DNA of 64,000 nt from Bacteroides sp. (GTDB lineage: Bacteria; Bacteroidota; Bacteroidia; Bacteroidales; Bacteroidaceae): the NCBI RefSeq assembly GCF_030151085.1, contig NZ_JASLER010000069.1, forward strand, positions 4,830 through 68,829. Reading direction: 5' to 3'. Numbering within the stretch: the first letter of the stretch is position 1; each line of letters begins with the position of its first letter. Below, in pieces: positions 59,386-64,000 of the stretch. Under the pieces are notes generated by a model that was not told where the DNA came from, did not search any database, and saw only the letters and a program-made list of their open reading frames with translations. The translations under genes were made by a program, and so were the position numbers.

Positions 59386-61713
59386 ATGAAAAAGATTCAA
59401 TTCGCGCTTTATGTTTTGCTGACCAGCCTTTTGGCAGCATGTACAGAAGAGGTAATAAACCGAACTTCGCCGGAGCCTTCGGAAGAAGATTTGGAAGAAG
59501 TGTCCCTGCAATTGCAGTGTCTGCCCGTGCAAATTGCCGGGGAAGAGTGGGGTGCCAGATCCAACACCCGTGTTGCCGACGCTAGCATACTAGACAACTT
59601 AATCAGCAATATCCTGGTTTTTCAATACGACAAGTCGGGCAATCAAATAACAGCTCCACATTATTATACCTTACCCGCCAACACTACCGGATCGGCTACT
59701 ATTAAAGTAATGCTGCGCCCAGCCACCGACTGCCAAGTTTATATCATAGCCAATACCAACAGTAATACATGGCTCAACGGTGCAGATGTATCGACTTTGA
59801 CCAAGTTGAAGAATCTTACTCATACTTTTGACTCTGAAGATGATGTGTATGGAGGTAACAGCAAGAACCTACTAATGTCCGGCAACATAACCGGCATTAC
59901 AGTCAAGGCAGGGCAAAGCAATACGCTAAGCAGTATCTCTCTGGAACGGATGCTGGCAATGATCACTTTTCAATACAAATTCGCAACTGCCGACCTGGCG
60001 ACAAAACTGAAAGTAACCCGTATTACTTTGAACAGTGTACCTAATATATTGCAAATAGGAAAACCAACGGGCAATTATCCGTCTACAGTCAGTTCGCCGA
60101 TAGAATATTCTGCCATTATCTCCCCCATTGCCGGGACTTACTACACCGGATATGTACCCGAAAACTTACGGGGAACCTCAACCAATACCGACCAGAAAGA
60201 TAAAAACGAGAAAGCTCCGGCAGGTGCCATCTCCATCAAGCTATATATAGATTCGGAAATGGATGGCAGTAGCTATGTATATACGGTATATCCGGGTGAA
60301 AACAACTTCAATGACTTCAACATCAAACGAAATTATAAATATACGTTGACTCTCAACCTGAAATCGTCCGGTACGGATTCCCGCGTGATGGCAGCACCTG
60401 CCAATTGCTTTGTACTGAAACCTGAATCCAGTATCACCTTCGACCCTTACGAACGTCCTGAAAAAGGAGGCGGATTCGACTATTCCGATTATGTAAACAA
60501 GACAGTGTCTGCCAAGAAAATCAGCAGTGTAAAGATATTGTGGCAGACCGGAGACGGAACCAATTTCGCCATAGGAAAGAACAGCGCCGCAACTCTAGTC
60601 TATCTGGACAATCAAGACAAAATACACGTTACAGCGGGCAAGATTAATGGCAATGCGGTAATAGCAGGTTACAATAACGCCAATGAAATTGTGTGGTCTT
60701 GGCATATCTGGGTAAACAGCGATTCTCCGGCACAGATTACCAAAGCAATACCTTATACAACCTATGACTGGGATGCCACCGGCATAAAATCTTCCGACCC
60801 CAATGTCCGGGTAAGCGGGCGCCCCGTCATGTCGTGCAACCTGGGAGCACTGAATAATAATCTTGACCCATTGCATCCTGATGCATCATCTTACGGATTA
60901 CTGTACCAATGGGGCCGGAAAGATCCGTTTCCACAAAACAAGACAGTAGTACTTTCCGGTCAATTTCCCAATTCTTCAGATTACATAGTAGCGGTTTACG
61001 ATAATGCAGGAGTGCAAATAAAGATGAGTTCCACCGTAGGTACCGGCGAATTATTTCAAACTATCATGACTAATGCGGCAATCGGCAATATCGGATATAC
61101 CTTACTCCACCCTACCCATTTCCTTAAATCTTCAGATATATATCCAACGGCTGCAAGTGATTATATAAATGCAGGTGACTGGTACTGGGGACATAATGAC
61201 AGATTATGGGGTGGAAAGCCCTATTCGGAAGCATCCAAGGTATTTGAGGCAGATACACCACATCCCATATTATTGGCAGATAACGGAGCGACAGAAAAAT
61301 CCATATTCGACCCTTGCCCTTCGGGCTGGATGCTGGCACCAGGAGACATGTGGCTAGGTTTCACCAAAACCGGATACAATGTAGAGAGTGATCCTACTTT
61401 ACAATCAATCAATTGCTCGGAATCGACAACAAGTCTCCCCAAATATGGCTATCACATCTATATGCAAGGGTGGAAAGGCGGAGCTACTACTTTCTTTCCA
61501 ACTCAAGGACTTCGAGTACCCAATGGAACCCTATGTCAACTTGGAATTTGCGGTAATTACCATACCTCTTCACCAGGTAAAGACGGTACGGTATATATCT
61601 TCCATCTGCATACCACCTCATCCTTATACCTAGTAAGAATATTTGAAACCGTCTATGACTATACCCGCCGCTGCGTAGGCGGGCCTGTCCGCTGTGTACG
61701 TGAAATAAAGTAG
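59386..61713 (+). CDS. Type V pilus/fimbrial tip-like lipoprotein (DUF4906-like) with C-terminal C-type-lectin-like domain
   Basis: Lipobox LAAC, propeptide SNTR, pilin motifs VYIIAN, LERMLAMIT, YVPENLRG, FNIKRNYKY; C-terminal WSWHIWV, GLLYQWGRKDPF, DPCPSGW, GGPVRCVRE. Confidence 0.75.
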   Translation: MKKIQFALYVLLTSLLAACTEEVINRTSPEPSEEDLEEVSLQLQCLPVQIAGEEWGARSNTRVADASILDNLISNILVFQYDKSGNQITAPHYYTLPANTTGSATIKVMLRPATDCQVYIIANTNSNTWLNGADVSTLTKLKNLTHTFDSEDDVYGGNSKNLLMSGNITGITVKAGQSNTLSSISLERMLAMITFQYKFATADLATKLKVTRITLNSVPNILQIGKPTGNYPSTVSSPIEYSAIISPIAGTYYTGYVPENLRGTSTNTDQKDKNEKAPAGAISIKLYIDSEMDGSSYVYTVYPGENNFNDFNIKRNYKYTLTLNLKSSGTDSRVMAAPANCFVLKPESSITFDPYERPEKGGGFDYSDYVNKTVSAKKISSVKILWQTGDGTNFAIGKNSAATLVYLDNQDKIHVTAGKINGNAVIAGYNNANEIVWSWHIWVNSDSPAQITKAIPYTTYDWDATGIKSSDPNVRVSGRPVMSCNLGALNNNLDPLHPDASSYGLLYQWGRKDPFPQNKTVVLSGQFPNSSDYIVAVYDNAGVQIKMSSTVGTGELFQTIMTNAAIGNIGYTLLHPTHFLKSSDIYPTAASDYINAGDWYWGHNDRLWGGKPYSEASKVFEADTPHPILLADNGATEKSIFDPCPSGWMLAPGDMWLGFTKTGYNVESDPTLQSINCSESTTSLPKYGYHIYMQGWKGGATTFFPTQGLRVPNGTLCQLGICGNYHTSSPGKDGTVYIFHLHTTSSLYLVRIFETVYDYTRRCVGGPVRCVREIK

Positions 61714-61729
61714 CGGAATACAAACCTAA

Positions 61730-62428
61730 TTACGGCTCCAATATCATACTTAGTTCTTTCACGCCTTCCGAAGCCCCTTTCTGAATAATGTGTATTCGCC
61801 TCATAGAATGTGTATCTACCGGCTTCGGGTCAATAAGGTAAACCTCCGCCTGCCGGGTTACGTAATTCAGTAACCCGGCTGCCGGATATACATTCATAGA
61901 AGTACCGATGATAACAAAGATATCCGCTTTCTCTACGTACCCGATAGCCGTTTCTATCTCCGGTACCGACTCGCCGAACCAGACAATAAAAGGACGAAGT
62001 TGTGTACCGTCTCCGGCTTTATCGCCTAGTTTCACATTGTATTCTTCTGGGCTTAATTCTTTGATAAAATGCGGATTATAAGGATCACGGCTGGAGCAAA
62101 CTTTCGTAAGTTCACCATGTAAGTGGATAATGTGCGAACTACCTGCACGTTCGTGTAGGTTATCTATATTTTGAGTAATAACAGTTACATTGAAATGCTT
62201 TTCTAGTTCTGCCAATCCGATGTGACCGGCATTCGGCTCTACTTCGAACAATTGCTTACGCCGCTCGTTGTAAAAGTTAAGCACCAGTTCCGGGTCGCGA
62301 GCATAACCTTCCGGGGTCGCCACCTGTTCCACAGGATATTTATCCCACAGACCTCCCGCATCACGAAAAGTACTGATACCACTCTCGGCACTCATCCCCG
62401 CACCAGACAAAATAACTAAATTCTTCAT
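61730..62428 (-). CDS. cobB: NAD-dependent protein deacylase (sirtuin, class III)
   Basis: GAGMSAESGISTFRD, FYNERR, TQNIDNLHERAG, LRPFIVWFGE, GTSMNVYPAA; start set at ATG 62428. Confidence 0.93.
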   Translation of the reverse strand: MKNLVILSGAGMSAESGISTFRDAGGLWDKYPVEQVATPEGYARDPELVLNFYNERRKQLFEVEPNAGHIGLAELEKHFNVTVITQNIDNLHERAGSSHIIHLHGELTKVCSSRDPYNPHFIKELSPEEYNVKLGDKAGDGTQLRPFIVWFGESVPEIETAIGYVEKADIFVIIGTSMNVYPAAGLLNYVTRQAEVYLIDPKPVDTHSMRRIHIIQKGASEGVKELSMILEP

Positions 62429-62572
62429 AGCTCCTTTCTTCCTTTTCAATTTTGTTTCTTACAAAAATACAAAAGATAGTCATAATTGATACATAAATAA
62501 GAAAAATTAAATAACGAAAAGCCCTATCATTCAAATAAAAGACGTACTTTTGCCCCTCATAAAAAAGTAAAC

Positions 62573-63166
62573 ATGGATAAATTCAGTTATGCTATCGGCC
62601 TCGGAATAGGTCAGAATCTTTTAAGCATGGGTGCCAAAGGCATCGCAGTTGATGACTTTGCACAAGCAATCAAAGACATATTGGAGGGCAACCAACCGGC
62701 TATCAGCCACAACGAAGCCCGTGAAATAGTAAATAAATACTTCGCCGAACTGGAAGAGAAAATGAACACTGCCAGCATTGAAACCGGCAAGAACTTCTTG
62801 GAAGAAAACAAAAAACGTCCCGGTGTCGTTACTTTGCCCAGCGGACTTCAATACGAAGTTATCAACGAAGGCAATGTAGGACACTATGCCACTGCTACCG
62901 ATCAGGTACAATGTCACTACGAAGGTACTCTGATTGACGGAACACTGTTCGACAGCTCCATCAAACGCGGCGAACCTGCTACATTCGGTGTAAACCAAGT
63001 AATCCCAGGATGGGTAGAAGCTCTTCAACTGATGCCCGAAGGTGCCAAATGGAAACTCTTCATCCCCAGCGACCTAGCTTACGGTGCACAAGGTGCCGGC
63101 GAAATGATTCCCCCGCACAGCACATTAGTTTTTGAAGTAGAACTATTGAAAGTTTTAAATAAATAA
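62573..63166 (+). CDS. FKBP-type peptidyl-prolyl cis-trans isomerase
   Basis: DKFSYAIG, LPSGLQY, HYEGTLIDGTLFDSS, VIPGWVEAL, LAYG, TLVFEVEL; TACTTTTG promoter at 62545. Confidence 0.96.
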   Translation: MDKFSYAIGLGIGQNLLSMGAKGIAVDDFAQAIKDILEGNQPAISHNEAREIVNKYFAELEEKMNTASIETGKNFLEENKKRPGVVTLPSGLQYEVINEGNVGHYATATDQVQCHYEGTLIDGTLFDSSIKRGEPATFGVNQVIPGWVEALQLMPEGAKWKLFIPSDLAYGAQGAGEMIPPHSTLVFEVELLKVLNK

Positions 63167-63180
63167 CAAGTTAAAGCAAA

Positions 63181-64000
63181 ATGAAAAAAGTAACATTTCT
63201 TATGGCTCTTGCAGTAGCTGCCGGTTTGGCATCTTGTACTGCACAAAGTCCGAAAGCAAATTTGAAGACGGACATCGACTCATTGTCTTACGCTATTGGT
63301 ATGGCACGTACTGAAGGTTTGGACCAATATTTGGCACAACAAGGTATCGACTCTACCCAGATGACTGAATTCCTGAAAGGTTTCAACGAAGGTGCAGCTA
63401 AGATCGACAAGAAAGACGCAGCTTATATGGCTGGTATGCAAGTAGGTCAAATGGTTAGCAAACAATGGGTAGAAGGCTTCAACCAACAAATTTTCGGTGG
63501 TGACTCTACACAAACTATCAGCCGCGAAAACCTGTTGGCAGGTTTCCTCGCAGGTGTCCTGAAGAAGAACAACGTAATGGACATGGCTAAGGCTCAAGCT
63601 TTCATGCAAACTCAGATGGAAGCCATCAAAGAAAAAGCAAGCGAAGCTAAATATGCCGACAACAAAGCTGCCGGTGAAAAATTCCTTACTGAAAACAAAG
63701 GTAAAGAAGGCGTTGTAACTACTCCTAGCGGTTTGCAATATAAGATCCTTACCAAAGGTACAGGTGCTATCCCCGCTGATACCAGCAAGGTGAAGGTTAA
63801 CTACAAAGGCTCTTTGATCGATGGAACAGAATTCGAAAGCACTTACAAAAATAACCAACCTGCTTCTTTCCGTGCCAACCAAGTTATCAAAGGTTGGACA
63901 GAAGCTCTGACTATGATGCCTGTAGGTTCTAAGTGGGAGCTTTACATCCCTTACGAATTGGCATACGGCTCAAGAGAAACCGGTGGTCAAATCAAACCGT
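63181..64000 (+). CDS. FKBP-type peptidyl-prolyl isomerase lipoprotein (3'-partial)
   Basis: Absent from the track (open at window end); MKKVTFLMALAVAAGLASC, DSLSYAIG, TPSGLQY, VNYKGSLIDGTEF, VIKGWTEAL, ELAYG. Confidence 0.93.
   Translation, partial: MKKVTFLMALAVAAGLASCTAQSPKANLKTDIDSLSYAIGMARTEGLDQYLAQQGIDSTQMTEFLKGFNEGAAKIDKKDAAYMAGMQVGQMVSKQWVEGFNQQIFGGDSTQTISRENLLAGFLAGVLKKNNVMDMAKAQAFMQTQMEAIKEKASEAKYADNKAAGEKFLTENKGKEGVVTTPSGLQYKILTKGTGAIPADTSKVKVNYKGSLIDGTEFESTYKNNQPASFRANQVIKGWTEALTMMPVGSKWELYIPYELAYGSRETGGQIKP

Noticed and set aside
58316..59386. Invertible promoter controlling the pilin gene
   Set aside because: No inverted-repeat pair flanking the promoter box and no recombinase in the window
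59386..61729. Complete diversity-generating retroelement
   Set aside because: No reverse transcriptase, template repeat or downstream hairpin visible; kept only as a possible remote target
61730..62428. Sirtuin as a defence gene or partner of the ADP-ribosylglycohydrolase PUL
   Set aside because: Ordinary CobB-type deacylase in a housekeeping context, over 40 kb away, with no shared operator

Overview
This 64-kb window looks like a Bacteroides-type chromosome, judged from SusC/SusD pairs, hybrid two-component systems (HTCS) and TAnnTTTG promoters. Bases 1-29.9 kb (minus strand) hold two adjacent polysaccharide-utilisation loci (PULs), each headed by one of two closely paralogous HTCS genes. 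PUL-A has a triple-discoidin protein (partial), a DUF2961/GH172 enzyme, a GH92, SusD, SusC and a GH38-N-like lipoprotein. PUL-B has an ADP-ribosylglycohydrolase-family lipoprotein, SusD, SusC, ribokinase and a GRP-type sugar permease. Four promoters across both loci carry the same CGTCCCAAT motif exactly 38 bp from the -7 box, suggesting one cross-wired regulon, possibly for pentofuranosides. Next come a radical SAM/SPASM enzyme with an MYG-motif lipoprotein partner, an acyl-CoA ligase, a TonB receptor with a LytS/LytS/LytTR system, an AT-rich TPR-HTH/DUF3244/mini-HlyD block, an aminotransferase/MocR pair and metG. After metG is a probable protein O-glycosylation locus (wzx, six glycosyltransferases, inverted wecC-wecB). 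The window ends with a hairpin-led XRE/orphan pilus-tip unit, cobB and two FKBP PPIases. Several intergenic palindromic arrays with 21-23 bp periods are present. No rRNA, tRNA, CRISPR array, transposase, integrase or reverse transcriptase was recognised. All family calls come from reading motifs by eye, not from database searches.
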